This document shows positions 42,138 to 42,152 of a stretch of 42,152 bases of DNA, piece by piece; position 1 is the first letter of the stretch, and each line of letters begins with the position of its first letter. Source of the DNA: Patescibacteria group bacterium (GTDB taxonomy: Bacteria; Patescibacteriota; Patescibacteriia; GWA2-47-26); NCBI GenBank assembly GCA_038064355.1, contig JBBTTG010000027.1:21746-63897 (forward strand), read 5' to 3'. The translations under genes and the position numbers were made by a program. The notes under the pieces were generated by a model. The model was given only the letters and a program-made list of their open reading frames with translations, ran no database searches and was not told the DNA's origin.

Positions 42138-42152
42138 TAGCATGCGGGTAAA

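Overview
This is a 42.2-kb, densely coding chromosomal segment that uses the standard genetic code (TGA acts as a stop in conserved genes, e.g. the atpG/atpD ATGA overlap). All calls come from reading the sequence and ORF translations by eye; no searches were run.

Layout:
- (i) 1-9.6 kb: an island of secreted, cysteine-rich surface proteins. It holds a 5'-truncated Gly-rich protein, a 179-aa lipoprotein and two giants of 1343 and 1464 aa.
- (ii) 10.1-15.9 kb: the type IV pilus assembly operon pilM-pilN-pilO-pilB-CheY-like receiver-pilC. No secretin, pilin or prepilin peptidase is in the window.
- (iii) 16.2-20.1 kb: a clan GH-A-like glycosidase, an exported thioredoxin fused to a CcdA/DsbD-type membrane domain, a small CxxC membrane protein and a GT4 glycosyltransferase.
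- (iv) 20.1-27.6 kb: a complete F1Fo ATP synthase operon (atpZ/I-like, B, E, F, H, A, G, D, C) followed by an FtsQ-like POTRA protein.
- (v) 27.8-28.2 kb: an orphan 98-aa gene with its own promoter, strong RBS and terminator.
- (vi) 28.3-32.6 kb, minus strand: amidohydrolase, TagA-like glycosyltransferase, gltX and an M23 peptidase.
- (vii) 32.7-35.4 kb: clpB behind a sigma70-like promoter and a CIRCE operator.
- (viii) 35.5-39.8 kb: a LigB/Memo-like protein, a PriA-like protein with degenerate ATPase motifs, def and fmt.
- (ix) 39.8-42.2 kb: a PaaX/Cas2-fold regulator bracketed by two related perfect palindromes, and a Cys-repeat lipoprotein with a roughly 265-nt leader.

Intergenic spaces carry a family of REP/MITE-like hairpin repeats. 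I recognised no rRNA, tRNA, CRISPR array, transposase, integrase or reverse transcriptase.

The gene content is consistent with a small-genome, monoderm-type organism such as a CPR/Patescibacteria member: a pilus locus without a secretin, giant Cys-rich surface proteins, a degenerate PriA and a PaaX-like protein without a paa pathway. That assignment is inference only.

I did not find a clear-cut new system. The best candidates for follow-up are:
- the surface-protein island next to the pilus operon;
- the Trx-CcdA plus CxxC-membrane pair;
- the ATPase-dead PriA;
- the palindrome-bracketed regulator cassette;
- the structured leader of the terminal lipoprotein gene.
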